Assembly (NCBI GenBank): GCA_964016885.1
Contig: OZ024759.1
Span: forward strand, 16,058,001-16,122,000
Source of the DNA: Eledone cirrhosa
Lineage: Eukaryota
Direction of reading: 5' to 3'
Length of the DNA: 64,000 nt
The notes beneath the pieces were generated by a model that did not search any database, was not told where the DNA came from, and was given only the letters and a program-made list of their open reading frames with translations. A program made the translations under genes and the position numbers. Positions 13,783 through 29,695 of the stretch are shown here, one piece after another. Every line of letters begins with the position of its first letter. Position 1 is the first letter of the stretch.

Positions 13783-14521
13783 GTGTGTGTAAGTGTGCCA
13801 AATAAAATTCTAATCTTATATATATATATAATGGCCTCAGCCGGATGGCTGGAACAGGTAAAAGAGTATATATAAATATATATAATACATTAACAGAGAA
13901 AGCTTTAAGCGATACTCTGACCAACTCTATCTCACTCCACAAACATTAAGATATACCTAAGTATAATCCAAATTTAGTGTTTGGGGTGCTAACTAAACAG
14001 TATTCCGCGGATAGCTGGTTGTATTATTTTATATGAGACATAATTAAATAAATCTCTCTTTCCTTCCATACGATCGTTTCGTTATAAGATTTCTACAAGT
14101 TGGTATAAATAATGTCCAGGTTATGTAGAAATTTGTATATAATCCATAGATATACACACAAGAGGGCCCTTATAACTCATCAGTGGATGCCCATGCAATA
14201 TCGATATAAAAAACTACAGCGTAATCGAAATTTGAAAAGTAATTCCCTTTTAGCTCTCTCTCTCTCTCTCTTATATGTAGGAGGTGAGTTTTATTGTAGT
14301 ACAATAAAGCAATGCAGATATCGGATAAGAAGCACTCTACAGTTTTTAGGACTTGAGTATACATAATATTTAAAACTGCACTATCCACAAGTGTTTTTTA
14401 ACCTTCATATCATGTCTTCCTATTTTATCTGATGAAAACACAAATGTTATTGCATGATGATATTTGTTTTTGAAATGCGCATAATAAAATACATGGAACT
14501 CTTTTAACCATCTTTTGATCT

Positions 14522-14607
<86 letters not shown>

Positions 14608-14863
14608 CTTTCTTTCTTTCTTACCATACCCTTTCTACAATGTGACAGACATTTTACGCCACGGGTACCACCGCTTCAATACAATAGATACCCTAATGAT
14701 ATGTATTTAGTGCTAACTCAGCTAGTGTTTCACTGTTTTATGGTGGATTATAAAAAAAAAAACATTCTTTAAAATAGACACCCAGACCGACAGATAGACA
14801 GAGAGACAGATGGCTAGAGAGAGAGAAAGAAAGAGAGAGAGATGCATACATACATACATTTAT

Positions 14864-14945
<82 letters not shown>

Positions 14946-15226
14946 GTGTATGTTTGGAAGTGATTATGTATGCATATGTATGTATATATGTATGTGTGTG
15001 TATTTCTTATCACGTTTGCTTCCTATATATTTTCCAATCACTCGTGCGTTCATGCCTACATAGACGCTTGGTCTACGCTCTTCTCTATAGCCATCGATAC
15101 GTGCAGCAACTATCGATTGATTTGTTTACGTAGATAAAACGTTCGATATGACTATGGTGGCTAATACAAAACTGTGACGGAACTGAAAAGGAAATTAATG
15201 TGTTTTTATATATATATGTATGTAAG

Positions 15227-15323
<97 letters not shown>

Positions 15324-15350
15324 CCTAACGCACTTATATATACATATATT

Positions 15351-15407
<57 letters not shown>

Positions 15408-15870
15408 TTCTTTATTAGCCACAAGGGCGCAACAAGAAAGGGGACAATACAAAGACATGCCGGGGATTTTACATACAGTCGTGTAAAAAATATAAAACCA
15501 AACAATTTCAACAATCGAAATCCCCAATAGGGGGGAGGCGCCACAAATGGGTTGTTTAATACCCCGTTGATAGAACAACCCTCAACTCAAGGAGCGTGTT
15601 GTGCAAGTGCTCCTTTCTTCCTTTTGCTCTCTTCCTCAACCTACAGGCTTATAAACAGAGAAGGCCCAATCACTCGGGCCATTTTCGCTTCATTCACCCA
15701 CCTTTCAGTAAATTTACTGGGGTGCAGTGCCTCTCTCTCCACCCTGATTCTCCTTCTAAAGTGATACTTAAAGAATGGAATCAATTGTTGTCCGGAGAGA
15801 AAGGCATCTGTCCTCAGTCCTCTCAACCTCGTCCACCCATATAACTTCTTTCACCATAGCCACCGAGATT
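15351..15870 (-). mobile_element. L1/Tx1-clade LINE 3' end with (TATC)n tail
   Basis: VAMVKEVIW..RGLRTDAFLSGQQLIPFFKYHFRRRIRVERE..FTERWV ORF2-like C-terminus, 3' UTR, AATAAA, then (TATC)n. Confidence 0.7.
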
Positions 15871-16080
15871 GTCTGAAATGGATTGAAAGCAAGTTACAAA
15901 CTCGATTGGTTCAGTTAAAAGCTAACGTCGTCTGTACCACAGCCAGCGCTACTTTTACTTTTTAGAAATATATAAAACATCGTTGGGGTGAAGCACAAAA
16001 TATCGAGGACTATTTGTTCTCGCTCTCTGGTTTGGGAGCTCAAATCCTGCCGACGTCAACTTTGCCATTCTACCTATAGA

Positions 16081-16295
16081 AGTCGATCGACTTTCGTCAA
16101 ATCGGACCGAAGAAACAATGTTTCCGTTGGTCTTTCCAAGTGCTAGTATTATCTATCGGTCGCAACTCCAGGTAGAAGGAGCAACGTGAAATAAAGTGTC
16201 TTGCTCAAGGACATAACGCATCGCCCGGCCCAGGAATCGAACTGACTACCTCACGATTGCGAATCCAGTTCTCTAACCATTCAGCCACACGCCTT
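16081..16295 (-). mobile_element. CORE-like SINE family 2
   Basis: AAGTGTCTTGCTCAAGGACA core and tRNA head on the minus strand; tail shared with copies at 33905 and 39300. Confidence 0.8.
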
Positions 16296-16559
16296 CGGAT
16301 GCGATAAACGGAAAAAAATACTCAGAGTACACGATTCCCCATGAGTACACGATTCCCCTTGAGTACATGACTCCTCTTGAGTACATGACTCCCTTGAGTA
16401 CCCGTCTTCCCATGAACACAACACCAATCAATCGCATCGCAGTGTTAATCCCCACTCCAGATATTCCTAATACTCATCAAAAACACAATGCCCTCGAGGC
16501 CACGCCATTGCGGTGGTACGTTCAATATCCTAACCACTAGACCACCCAGTAAAATAAAA

Positions 16560-16740
16560 CTGTTTCTACTTTTGGCACACAAGGCCAGCAATTACCCCAG
16601 TACATTACTGGTACTTTATTTTATCGACCCTATAAGGATGAAAGGCAAAGTTAACCCCGGCGGGATTTGAACTCAGAACGTAAAGGGCCACAAATCTATG
16701 GCGCAAAGCATGGTTTATGACGCTCTACTGATACTGGCAG
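16560..16740 (-). mobile_element. Meta-type SINE
   Basis: Reverse complement of the 8151 family. Confidence 0.88.
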
Positions 16741-17059
16741 TAAAATATAACACGAGTCACTTGACGAAATTGTTAATATCGAACACACTCTGATGCCTTG
16801 CGGTATCTTTTTCGGCCGTTTGCAGTCTGTGTTCACCTTCGAAATCACAGTTGCCGAGCTGTATCGATCCCTGTCTATTCTTTGGACAACATCAGTGACA
16901 TGGAGAAAGGAGTCTCACATACGAGGGGTGGGGGTGCCAAACAATTCCTGACTTAGGGTAAAAGAAAATACAGGAGGATCAGTTACCGTCTCCAAAATCT
17001 ACTATGCGTCCTGTAGGCCGAAGGTTGTTTATTATTTCTTTTCAAAATGTTGGTTGTCA

Positions 17060-18640
17060 AACATGTGTGTCTGTGTGTCTACATGTGTGCTCCTGTGTGT
17101 CTACATGTGTGTCTGTGTGTCTACATGTGTGCTGTGTGCCTACATGTGTGTCTGTGTGTCTACATGTGTGCTGTGTGCCTACATGTGTGTCTGTGTGTCT
17201 ACATGTGTGTCTGTGTGTCTACGTCTACATGTGTGATGTGTGCCTACATGTGTGCTGTGTGTCTACATGTGTGTCTGTCTGTCTACATGTGTGTCTGTCT
17301 GTAAACATATGTGTCTGTGTGTCTAAATATGTGCTGTGTGTCTACATGTGTGCTCTGTGTGTCTACATGCGTGTGCTGTGTGTCTACATGTGTGTCTGTG
17401 TGTCTACATGTGTGCTGTGTGCCTACATATGTGTGCTGTGTGTCTACATGTGTGTCTGTCTGTCTACATGTGTGTCTGTGTGTCTACATGTGTGTATGTC
17501 TGTCTACATGTGTGTCTGTCTGTCTACATATGTGTCTGTGTGTCTACATGTGTGTCTGTGTGTCTACATGTGTGCTGTGTCTACATGTGTGCTCTGTGTG
17601 TCTACATGTGTGTTGTGTGCCTACATATGTGTGCTGTGTGTCTACATGTGTGTCTGTCTGTCTACATGTGTGTCTGTGTGTCTACATGTGTGTATGTCTG
17701 TCTACATGTGTGTCTGTGTGTCTACATGTGTGTCTTTGTCTCTACATGTGTGTATGTCTGTCTACATGTGTGTCTGTGTGTCTACATGTGTGTCTTTGTC
17801 TCTACATGTGTGTATGTCTGTCTACATGTGTGTCCGTCTGTCTACATGTCTGTCTACATGTGTGTCTGTGTGTCTACATGTGTGTCTCTACATGTGTGTC
17901 TGTGTGTCTACATGTGTGTCTTTGTCTCTACGTGTGTGTATGTCTGTCTACATGTGTGTCCGTCTGTCTACATGTCTGTCTACATGTGTCTCTGTGTCTC
18001 TACATGTGTGTCTGTCTGTCTAAATGTCTGTCTACATGTGTGTCTGTGTCTCTACATGTGTGTCTGTGTGTCTACATGTGTGCTGTCTGTCTACATGTGT
18101 GTCTGTGTCTCTACATGTGTTCTCTGTGTGTCTACATGTGTGTTGTGTGCCTACATGTGTGTCTGTGTCTCTATATGTGTGTCTGTGTGTCTACATGTGT
18201 GATGTGTGCTGTGTGTCTACATGTGTGCTCTGTGTGTCTACATGTTTGCTATGTGTCTACATGTGTCTGTGTGTCTACATGTGTGCTCTGTGCTTACATA
18301 TGTGTCTGTGTGTCTACATGTGTGTCTGTGTGTCTACATGTGTGTCTCTACATGTGTGTGTCTGTGTGTCTACATGTGTGTCTTTGTCTCTACATGTGTG
18401 TATGTCTGTCTACATGTGTGTCCGTCTGTCTACATGTCTGTCTACATGTGTGTCTGTGTCTCTACATGTGTGTCTGTGTGTCTACATGTGTGCTGTGTGC
18501 CTACATGTGTGTCTGTGTCTCTACATGTGTGTCTGTGTGTCTACATGTGCGATGTGTGCCTACATGTGTGCTGTGTGTCTACATGTGTGCTGTGTGCCTA
18601 CATGTGTGTCTTTGTGTCTACATGTGTGCTGTGTGTCCTG
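17060..18640. repeat. About 20-bp minisatellite (TCTACATGTGTGTCTGTGTG)n
   Basis: Direct reading; explains the Cys/Val pseudo-ORFs. Confidence 0.95.
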
Positions 18641-18734
18641 CATATCTGAAGCAGCAGGTAGAATCAAATTTTCCGGTTAAATAACATCAATGACTGAGAT
18701 ATCAAAGTAATAAAATTAATAGTGATTTCTGTTT

Positions 18735-19260
18735 TAGTTTTAGGCACAAGGCCAGCAATTTTGGTGGAGGGGGAAATCGTTTAAATCGACCCCAGTGCGT
18801 GACTGGTACTTTTTTTATCGACCCCGTAAGGATGAAAGGCAAAGTTAACCTCAGCAGGATTTTAACTCAGTTCATAAAGGGCCGTAACTCTATGCTGCAA
18901 AGCATGGTACCCGACTCTCTACCTATACTGACAATCCACCGCCCTTTTTGCATTCTATAATAATAATTGTTTCTACTTTTTGGCACAAGGCCAGCAATTA
19001 CCCCAGCGTATTACTGGTAGTTTATATTATCGACCCCCGTAAGGATGAAAGGCAAAGTTAACCTCGGCGGGATTTGAACTCAGTCCGGAAAGGGACGTAA
19101 CTGTGGTGCCTTTGCCAATCCACCGCCCTCTATAATAATAATTGTTTCTACTTTAGGCACAAGGCCAGCAATTCACCAGTGCATTACTGGTACTTTATTT
19201 TATCGACCCTCTATAATAATAATGATTTCTAGTATAGGCACAAGGCCAACAATCTGGGAG
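18735..19260 (-). mobile_element. Cluster of Meta-type SINEs (2 near-full, 2 truncated) separated by TATAATAATAAT
   Basis: Repeated GGCACAAGGCCAGCAAT and TCGACCCCGTAAGGATGAAAGGC motifs. Confidence 0.88.
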
Positions 19261-19312
<52 letters not shown>

Positions 19313-19759
19313 CGATGATGATGGTGGTGGTGGTGGTGGTGGTGGTGGTGGTGGTGGTGGTGGTGGTGGTGGTGGTGGTAATATTAATGAAAGAAAGAAA
19401 AATAAATGAATGAACAAATAAATAAAGTTAAATATGAATGCAGATGAATTAAAACATCACAAACGGTATTGCTTCGGTACTGATGCATTAAAAAAAAGAT
19501 GGCGACTTTAGGAGGAAACCAGCATTTGACGGAGAACCAGTAAGTTGTAGTAGCTATAATGGTGATTGGAAGCAATTACTCATGGTGTATTGGTAAGGTA
19601 GAAATTTCGAGAACATCGTTGAAAATAATTGTTAAGAGTTTCGATGGAATTAATTGTGACACCTGAATCAACTAATAAATGGCAACCAACTCAAATTGTA
19701 AGACCCCCTCCTCCTCCTCCTCTTCTTTTCCCCCTTACTTCTCTCTCTCCGCCACCGCA

Positions 19760-21820
19760 CACTCACATATATACACATACATGTATATACACATACATAC
19801 GCAGACATACACATACACTTACGCATGCAAACACATGCATACACATGCATACATATGCATACATACACACACACCCAGCACCTAGATTCCATAAGAAACA
19901 TACCCACACATACACATATACACATATACACATACATACACACAGACATACACATACACTTACGCATGCAAACACATGCTTACCACACACACACACAACG
20001 CCTAGATTCCATAAGAAACATACCCACACATATACACATATACACATACATGCTCATACTCATACATACGCACAGACATTCATGCACATACACACACATA
20101 CACATACATGCACATACACATACATACACATACGTAAACATATACAAGCAAATGCATACACGAATATACACATACATACACACACACATACAGACGCACA
20201 AACATACACACATACGCACATACACACACACACACGCACAAACATACACACACGCGCACAAACATACACACACGCGCACAAACATACACACACACGCATA
20301 AACATACACACACACACACACAAATACACACACACGCACAAACATACACACACACGCACAAACATAAAACATACACACACACGCACAAACATACACACAC
20401 ACCACAAACATACACACATACGCACGCACAAACAAACACACACGCACAAACATACACACACATGCACAAACATACACACATACACACATACACACACGCA
20501 CAAACATACACACATACACACACGCACAAACATACACACACATGCAAGAACGCACACACATACACACACGCAACTCCTAAACTCCATACGAAACACACTC
20601 ACACGCAAACACACACATATAAACATGCACATGTTCACAATCACGCACACACACGCAGGTACTCGCACTCAGACATATACGCACTCACACACATGTACAC
20701 GCACGCACAAAATGGCACATAGACACACACAAACATACATGCACATACACACACAGACACACGCGCACACAAACACATTCACATACACACACACACATGC
20801 TGGCACATAGACACACGCGCACATACATACATGCACATACACACACAGACACACGCACACACATGCACATATACACACACAGAGACACACGCACACACAT
20901 GCACATACACACACACAGACACACGCACACACAAACACACATGCACATACACACACAGACACACACGCACACACAAACACACATGCACATACACACAGAG
21001 AGAGACACACGCACACAGAAACACACATGCACATACACACACAGACACACGCTTACACAAACATGCTGTCACATAGACACACAGACACACGCACACACAA
21101 ACATGCTGTCACATAGACACACACAGACATACATGCACGCACATACACACACAGGCATACGCATACACAAACATGCTGTCACATAGACACACAGAGACAC
21201 GCACACACAAACATGCTGTCACATAGACACACACAGACATACATGCACGCACATACACACACAGGCACACGCATACACAAACATGCTGTCACATAGACAC
21301 ACAGATACACGCACACACAAACATGCTGTCTCATAGACACACACAGACATACATGCACGCACATACACACACAGACACACGCATACACAAACATGCTGTC
21401 ACATAGACACACAGACACACGCACACACAAACATGCTGTCTCATAGACACACACAGACATACATGCACGCACATACACACACAGGCACACGCATACACAA
21501 ACATGCTGTCACATAGACACACAGACACACGCACACACAAACATGCTGTCACATAGATACACACAGACATACATGCACGCACATACACACACAGACACAC
21601 GCATACACAAACATGCTGTCACATAGACACACAGACACACGCACACACAAACATGCTGTCACATAGACACACACAGACATACATGCACGCACATACACAC
21701 ACAGACACACGCATACACAAACATGCTGTCACATAGACACACAGACACACGCACACACAAACATGCTGTCACATAGACACACACAGACTTACATACACGC
21801 ACAAACACACACAGGCACAA
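19760..21820. repeat. CA-rich compound repeat with ~102-bp higher-order units in the distal part
   Basis: ACAAACATGCTGTCACATAGACAC recurs regularly from 21060 to 21790. Confidence 0.9.
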
Positions 21821-22259
21821 AAATAGAGTTAAAAATTAAAAAAAGGTATTGGTGTTATTATTCAACCATTTCTACTGACCCAAATTATATAAATTGATTT
21901 TCCTATTAAGGGCCCAGTGGGGAGGTGTGAAGTAGAGACGGTGTTGTGACGGGCTGAGCAATCAGAGTGTCTTACTCCAGTGATATTCAAATTTTCCTGC
22001 ATGTATTTGGTTATTTCGCTATTTCACTCTAAAAATTAGATTCGGTAAAAATGTCACGCAAAAAATATTATAATAAATAGATACATAAATATATGAATAA
22101 ATAAATAATTTTCCACCAAAAAAATTTTTTTTTTTTCTGATTTATGCGGAAATCATTCTTGTGTGCAATAATCGAACACGTGTTCTTTAAGAATTCTATA
22201 TCAAGGTGTCATATCGATCCCAACGAACGAGTCTCTATTCGGACATCAGAAAAAGGGAA

Positions 22260-22742
22260 GTAAGTGTAAAAGTGTAAAGGTGTAAAAGATAAACTCGCTT
22301 ATACCAAACTTCAATTCGGTATTCGTTCCAACCTTTACCTATGCTCATGTATTTCGGGCAATAGCTGAAAGAATACGATCGTGAATACAACCAGCTGAAA
22401 TGGGGTTCCTTCGAAGGGTCTTTGGAGTTAGATTAATCGAGAGCGTGCGTAGCTCTGAGATCAGTGAGTCGCTCCAGGTAGAGCCGCTACTAACCCTGAA
22501 TTGAGAGATCACAGCTCTGATGCTATAGACATGTGGTTGATATTTTTAAAGAAAGAATCGCTGGACATATTTTAAGAGCAAAACAAACCGACTGGAGACC
22601 CAGGAGTAGACACCGAGCAAGATGGTTGGATAACATACATAAGTCTGGCTGGTCTTGCTTGGAGATCCAGCCGGATCAGTTGGAGACGGTTGCTTCTGAC
22701 AAGCCCCGCTGAAAGGGGTGTTTCAGGACTCTGCCCCCACGG
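22260..22742 (+). mobile_element. Decayed RTE-clade LINE 3' coding fragment
   Basis: SVFVPTFTYAH..ERIRS*IQPAEMGFLRRVFGV..ERVRSSEI..VEPLL..ERIAGHIL..RPRSRHRARWLDNIH..QLETVASD, with stops and frameshifts. Confidence 0.85.
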
Positions 22743-22799
22743 TGGCCTTGTGCCAATATTAGAAAGAACTTATTCGTCATCCATATTTCTTTTATATAA

Positions 22800-22965
22800 G
22801 GGCGGTGGATTGGCAGAGCGTCGGACACCATGCTTTGCAGCATAGAGTTATGCCCCTTTATGATTTGAGTTCAAACCCCGTCGAGGTTAGCTTTGCCTTT
22901 CACCCTTGCGGGATCGATGAAATAAAGTACCAGTAATGCACAGGGGTCAATTTAATCGACTTTCT
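22800..22965 (+). mobile_element. Meta-type SINE
   Basis: GGCGGTGGATTGGCAG head and core. Confidence 0.85.
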
Positions 22966-23017
22966 CCATTTTTTGCTTTATTTGATTTTTATAAAAAATG
23001 TTTCTCTTATCTTGCAG

Positions 23018-23191
23018 ACACCTCATCGGAAGTTAAGTGACGACCCTGAAAGTAACTGCTGTCACGGTACGCTGGGCTACGCCTGGGATCAGCCGCGCAT
23101 GCCTTGTTCGGCAATGAAGTGTTGTAATCAGAGTGAAACTGTAGCTGTGATACCCGTGGATTACGCTTTAGGGTTCTGTTTCCGATGTATG
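23018..23191 (+). CDS. Putative internal coding exon (58 codons, phase 0/0) of an unidentified Cys-rich protein
   Basis: Acceptor TTTCTCTTATCTTGCAG|, donor ATG|GTAAGA, length 174 nt, only one open frame (TPHRKLSDDPESNCCHGTLGYAWDQPRMPCSAMKCCNQSETVAVIPVDYALGFCFRCM); GC higher than the flanks. Confidence 0.65.
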
Positions 23192-23215
23192 GTAAGATTA
23201 TTTTTATACCTACAA

Positions 23216-23286
<71 letters not shown>

Positions 23287-23344
23287 GGTGTGTTGGTGTG
23301 TTGGTGTATGTGTATGTGTGTGTGTGTGTGTGTGAGCGTGTGTT

Positions 23345-23456
<112 letters not shown>

Positions 23457-23574
23457 GGTGTGTGTTGGTGTGTGTGTGTTGGTGTATGTGTATGTGTGTG
23501 TGTGTGTGTGAGCGTGTGTGTTGGTGTGTGTGCGTGAGTCCGGGGTTCAATCGGTGCTCAATATATATATATAT

Positions 23575-23680
23575 ATACAAGAGTTAATATAGAAATGGCT
23601 TCTACACGATTAGAACTGTTTCATTCGAAGGAAACAGTTCTAGTCCTGTTGAAACCATTTCTATATTAAATCTTTTATAT
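23575..23680. repeat. Fold-back hairpin next to (TA)n
   Basis: TTAATATAGAAATGG..TAGAACTGTTTC / GAAACAGTTCTAG..CCATTTCTATATTAA. Confidence 0.8.
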
Positions 23681-23764
23681 ATATACTATGGTCCCTAGTC
23701 TAAATATTTCAGAATCCTCTATGCCCAGCTAAACCAAGTGAGAGGATCCTCTACCGTATATATA

Positions 23765-23876
23765 CAAACATTCCTTCCGGTGGGTCATGTCAGAAGCAAC
23801 TGCCTCCAATTGATCCGGCTAGATCCCCAAGCGAGACAAGGCATGCTCATGGATGTTATCCAACCATCTTGTTTGG

Positions 23877-23878
<2 letters not shown>
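23765..23878 (-). mobile_element. RTE 3' fragment, same family as 22260-22742
   Basis: PQTRWLDNIHEHALSRLGI*PDQLEAVASD. Confidence 0.8.
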
Positions 23879-23962
<84 letters not shown>

Positions 23963-24210
23963 ACAGAAAAAAAGAGAATCAGAGTTGCGACGAAAGGAAT
24001 TTATATCGCAACATTGATTCTCTTTTTTCTGTGATATCATACTCTGCTCTACGAGGGCATCGAGTGTTCATACGGCCTACCGCATACGGACGCTTTAAGC
24101 ATCAAACACCAATTATATGTATATATATATATTTATATATATTATATGTCCCAAGGCTCTGATACCATTAACACCATAAACACAGAGCTGGCGTATCTAA
24201 GAACTGACTA

Positions 24211-24266
24211 ACTGCCTGATGAGGTCATAGCCATTCAATGGCTATCATCGAAATATATATAGCAGT
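24211..24266 (+). ncRNA. Minimal type I hammerhead ribozyme (PLE type)
   Basis: ACTGC-CTGATGA-stem II (ATAGCCA TTCAA TGGCTAT)-GAAA-TATATA-TA-GCAGT; stem I pairs, stem III is palindromic; AATAAA at 24268. Confidence 0.8.
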
Positions 24267-24307
24267 AAATAAAGGATTATGAGTTCATGCAATTGATTTA
24301 TGTTTCT

Positions 24308-25663
<1,356 letters not shown>

Positions 25664-25756
25664 ATACTTTGGGAGGGTCATGTTGCCAAAATATAACAAT
25701 ATCGGCTTCAACACACGTTTTCAGATAAAGAATCTTGCTAAACAAATTCAGAAACG

Positions 25757-25848
<92 letters not shown>

Positions 25849-25890
25849 ATAATAATAAATTTGAAGACTAAATTTGAAGACTATATTTTA

Positions 25891-25923
<33 letters not shown>

Positions 25924-25924
25924 A

Positions 25925-26105
25925 CTGTTTCTACTTTTGGCACAAGGCCAGCAACTACACAGTACATTACTGGTACTCTATTTTATCGACCCCGTAAGGA
26001 TGAAAGGCAAAGTCAACCTCGGCGGGATTTGAACTCAGACCGTAAAGGGACGTAACTATGCTGGAAAGCATGGCGTCCGACTCTCTACCGATACTGCCAA
26101 TCCAC
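25925..26105 (-). mobile_element. Meta-type SINE
   Basis: Reverse complement of the 8151 family. Confidence 0.9.
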
Positions 26106-26178
26106 ATATATATATATAACGGTCCAGAAATAGCCGTCGAAACGGCTTGAGCTCTGCCGTCGGGGTCATACTTGTTCC

Positions 26179-26228
<50 letters not shown>

Positions 26229-26459
26229 TGTGTTTAGATAGATCGATGGAATGGCGGTGCAGTGTTGACGGTAATGTTGTAGTGGTGGCAGTGGTTGTGC
26301 AGTGTCTATGAGGGTGATGTAGTGGCGGTGTAGTGGTGACGGCGACGTCAGTGATAGTGCAGTGTCCACGGTGGGGGATGTAGTGGTGGTGATAGTGATG
26401 TTGGTGGAGGTGTAGTGGTGGCGGTGATGGTGCAGTATCCACTGGTGTTATATAGTGAT

Positions 26460-29280
26460 GGCGCATTGTTGACCGTGGTGGTGTAGTAGTGGTAGTGGTG
26501 TAGTGGTGGTAGTGGTGGTAGCGGTGTAGTGGCGGTAGTGGTGTTGGGATTGGTGGTGTAGTGGTGGTATTGGTGAAGTGGTGTAGTGGTGGTAGTGGTG
26601 GTAGTGGTGTAGTGACGGTAGTGGTGTTGGGATTGGTGGTGTAGTGGTGGTATTGGTGAAGTGGTGTAGTGGTGGTAGTGGTGGTAGTGGTGTAGTGACG
26701 GTAGTGGTGTTGGGATTGGTGGTGTAGTGGTGGTATTGATGAAGTGGTGTAGTGGTGGTAGTGGTGGTAGTGGTGTAGTGGTGGTAGTGGTGGTAGCGGT
26801 GTAGTGGCGGTAGTGGTGTTGGGATTGGTGGTGTAGTGGTGGTATTGGTGAAGTGGTGTTAGTATTGGTGGTGTAGTAGTGGTAGTGGTGTAGTGGTGGT
26901 AGTGGTGTAGTGACGGTAGTGGTGTTGGGATTGGTGGTGTAGTGGTGGTATTGGTGAAGTGGTGTAGTGGTGGTAGTGGTGGTAGTGGTGTAGTGGTGGT
27001 AGTGGTGGTAGTGGTGTAGTGACGGTAGTGGTGTTGGGATTGGTGGTGTAGTGGTGGTATTGGTGAAGTGGTGTAGTGGTGGTAGTGGTGGTAGTGGTGT
27101 AGTGGTGGTAGTGGTGGTAGTGGTGTAGTGACGGTAGTGGTGTTGGGATTGGTGGTGTAGTGGTGGTATTGGTGAAGTGGTGTTAGTATTGGTGGTGTAG
27201 TAGTGGTAGTGGTGTAGTGGTGGTAGTGGTGGTAGTGGTGTAGTGACGGTAGTGGTGTTGGGATTGGTGGTGTAGTGGTGGTATTGGTGAAGTGGTGTAG
27301 TGGTGGTAGTGGTGTAGTGGTGTAGTGACGGTAGTGGTGTTGGGATTGGTGGTGTAGTGGTGGTAGTGGTGAAGTGGTGTTAGTATTGGTGGTGTAGTAG
27401 TGGTAGTGGTGTAGTGGTGGTAGTGGTGGTAGTGGTGTAGTGACGGTAGTGGTGTTGGGATTGGTGGTGTAGTGGTGGTATTGGTGAAGTGGTGTAGTGG
27501 TGGTAGTGGTGGTAGTGGTGTAGTGGTGGTAGTGGTGGTAGTGGTGTAGTGACGGTAGTGGTGTTGGGATTGGTGGTGTAGTGGTGGTAGTGGTGAAGTG
27601 GTGTTAGTATTGGTGGTGTAGTAGTGGTGTAGTGGTGGTAGTGGTGGTAGTGGTGGTAGTGGTGTAGTGACGGTAGTGGTGTTGGGATTGGTGGTGTAGT
27701 GGTGGTATTGGTGAAGTGGTGTAGTGGTGGTAGTGGTGGTAGTGGTGTAGTGGTGGTAGTGGTGGTAGTGGTGTAGTGACGGTAGTGGTGTTGGGATTGG
27801 TGGTGTAGTGGTGGTAGTGGTGAAGTGGTGTTAGTATTGGTGGTGTAGTAGTGGTAGTGGTGTAGTGGTGTAGTGGTGGTAGTGGTGGTAGTGGTGTAGT
27901 GACGGTAGTGGTGTTGGGATTGGTGGTGTAGTGGTGGTATTGGTGAAGTGGTGTAGTGGTGGTAGTGGTGGTAGTGGTGTAGTGGTGGTAGTGGTGGTAG
28001 TGGTGTAGTGACGGTAGTGGTGTTGGGATTGGTGGTGTAGTGGTGGTATTGGTGAAGTGGTGTAGTGGTGGTAGTGGTGGTAGTGGTGTAGTGGTGGTAG
28101 TGGTGGTAGTGGTGTAGTGACGGTAGTGGTGTTGGGATTGGTGGTGTAGTGGTGGTAGTGGTGAAGTGGTGTTAGTATTGGTGGTGTAGTAGTGGTAGTG
28201 GTGTAGTGGTGGTAGTGGTGGTAGTGGTGTAGTGACGGTAGTGGTGTTGGGATTGGTGGTGTAGTGGTGGTATTGGTGAAGTGGTGTTAGTATTGGTGGT
28301 GTAGTAGTGGTAGTGGTGTAGTGGTGGTAGTGGTGGTAGTGGTGTAGTGACGGTAGTGGTGTTGGGATTGGTGGTGTAGTGGTGGTATTGGTGAAGTGGT
28401 GTAGTGGTGGTAGTGGTGTAGTGGTGTAGTGACGGTAGTGGTGTTGGGATTGGTGGTGTAGTGGTGGTATTGGTGAAGTGGTGTTAGTATTGGTGGTGTA
28501 GTAGTGGTGTTGGCATTGGTGGTGTAGTGGTGAGTCAGTGTTGAGCGTGGTGGTGTAGTAGTGGTGGAGTGGTGGAGTTTATAGTAGTGGTGTAGTGGTG
28601 TAGTGACAGTAGTGGTGCAGTAGTGGTGTAGTGGTGTAGTGATAGTAGTGGTGTAGTGGTGTAGTGACGCTAGTGTTGTTGTTATTGGTGGTGTAGTGGT
28701 GTAGTAGTGGTGTAGTGACGGTAGTGGTGTAGTAGTGGTGTAGTGGTGTAGTGATAGTAGTGGTGTAGTGGTGTAGTAATGGTGTAGTGACAGTAGTGGT
28801 GCTAGTATTGGTGGTGTAGTGATGGTGCAGTATTGGCCGTCGTGTTGTAGTGACGGTAGTGGTGTAGTAGTGGTGTAGTAGTGGTGTAGTAGTGGTGTAG
28901 TAGTGGTGTAGTGACAGTAGTGGTGCTAGTATTGGTGGTGTAGTGATGGTGCAGTATTGACCGTGGTGTTGTAGTGACGGTAGTGGTGTAGTAGTGGTGT
29001 AGTAGTGGTGTAGTGACAGTAGTGGCGCTAGTATTGGTAGTGTAGTGATGGTGCAGTATTGACCGTGATGTTGTAGTGACGGTAGTGGTGTAGTAGTGGT
29101 GTAGTAGTGGTGTAGTAGTGGTGTAGTAGTGGTGTAGTGACAGTAGTGGCGCTAATATTGGTGGTGTAGTGATGGTGCAGTATTGATCGTGGTGTTGTAG
29201 TGACGCTAGTGGTGTAGTAGTGGTATAGTAGTGGTGGTGTAGTGGTGTAGTAGTGGTGGTGTAGTGGTGGTGGCAGTGTG
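26460..29280. repeat. GTAGTG/GGT-based complex minisatellite
   Basis: Recurring GTAGTGACGGTAGTGGTGTTGGGATTGGTGGT modules. Confidence 0.95.
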
Positions 29281-29510
29281 TAGGTGTTCCAATTACTGAT
29301 TTATTCCGACATCAAAGAGAGACATTGAAAAGTTAAGAGTAACAAGCAATGGCCGTCAATAGTTGCAGAGTAATGGATAATTTTGCTGTAATGACTCACA
29401 GGTGGCGTTGGTCTTCTCTTCATTACTTCCAGACCATTATGTATATATATAAATGTGTGTGTATGTGTGTGTGTGTGTGTGTGCGTGTGTGTGCGTGTGT
29501 ATGTGCAGAA

Positions 29511-29541
<31 letters not shown>

Positions 29542-29559
29542 TGCATACATATTTATATA

Positions 29560-29608
<49 letters not shown>

Positions 29609-29664
29609 TCATATGTATATATATATTTATATATATATTTATATGTATATATATATGTATATAT

Positions 29665-29695
<31 letters not shown>

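Noticed and set aside
14065-14155. Further HHR-like remnants (GAAA-CGATCG-TA on the minus strand here and at ~2685; also ~59117, ~63610 and in the 6970 hairpin)
   Set aside because: CUGANGA core or stems are disrupted, so they are not called as ribozymes
17004-18684. Cys-rich 339-457 aa ORFs (metallothionein/keratin-associated-like)
   Set aside because: Open in all three plus frames because the 20-bp GT-rich unit has almost no stops; no splice or start context
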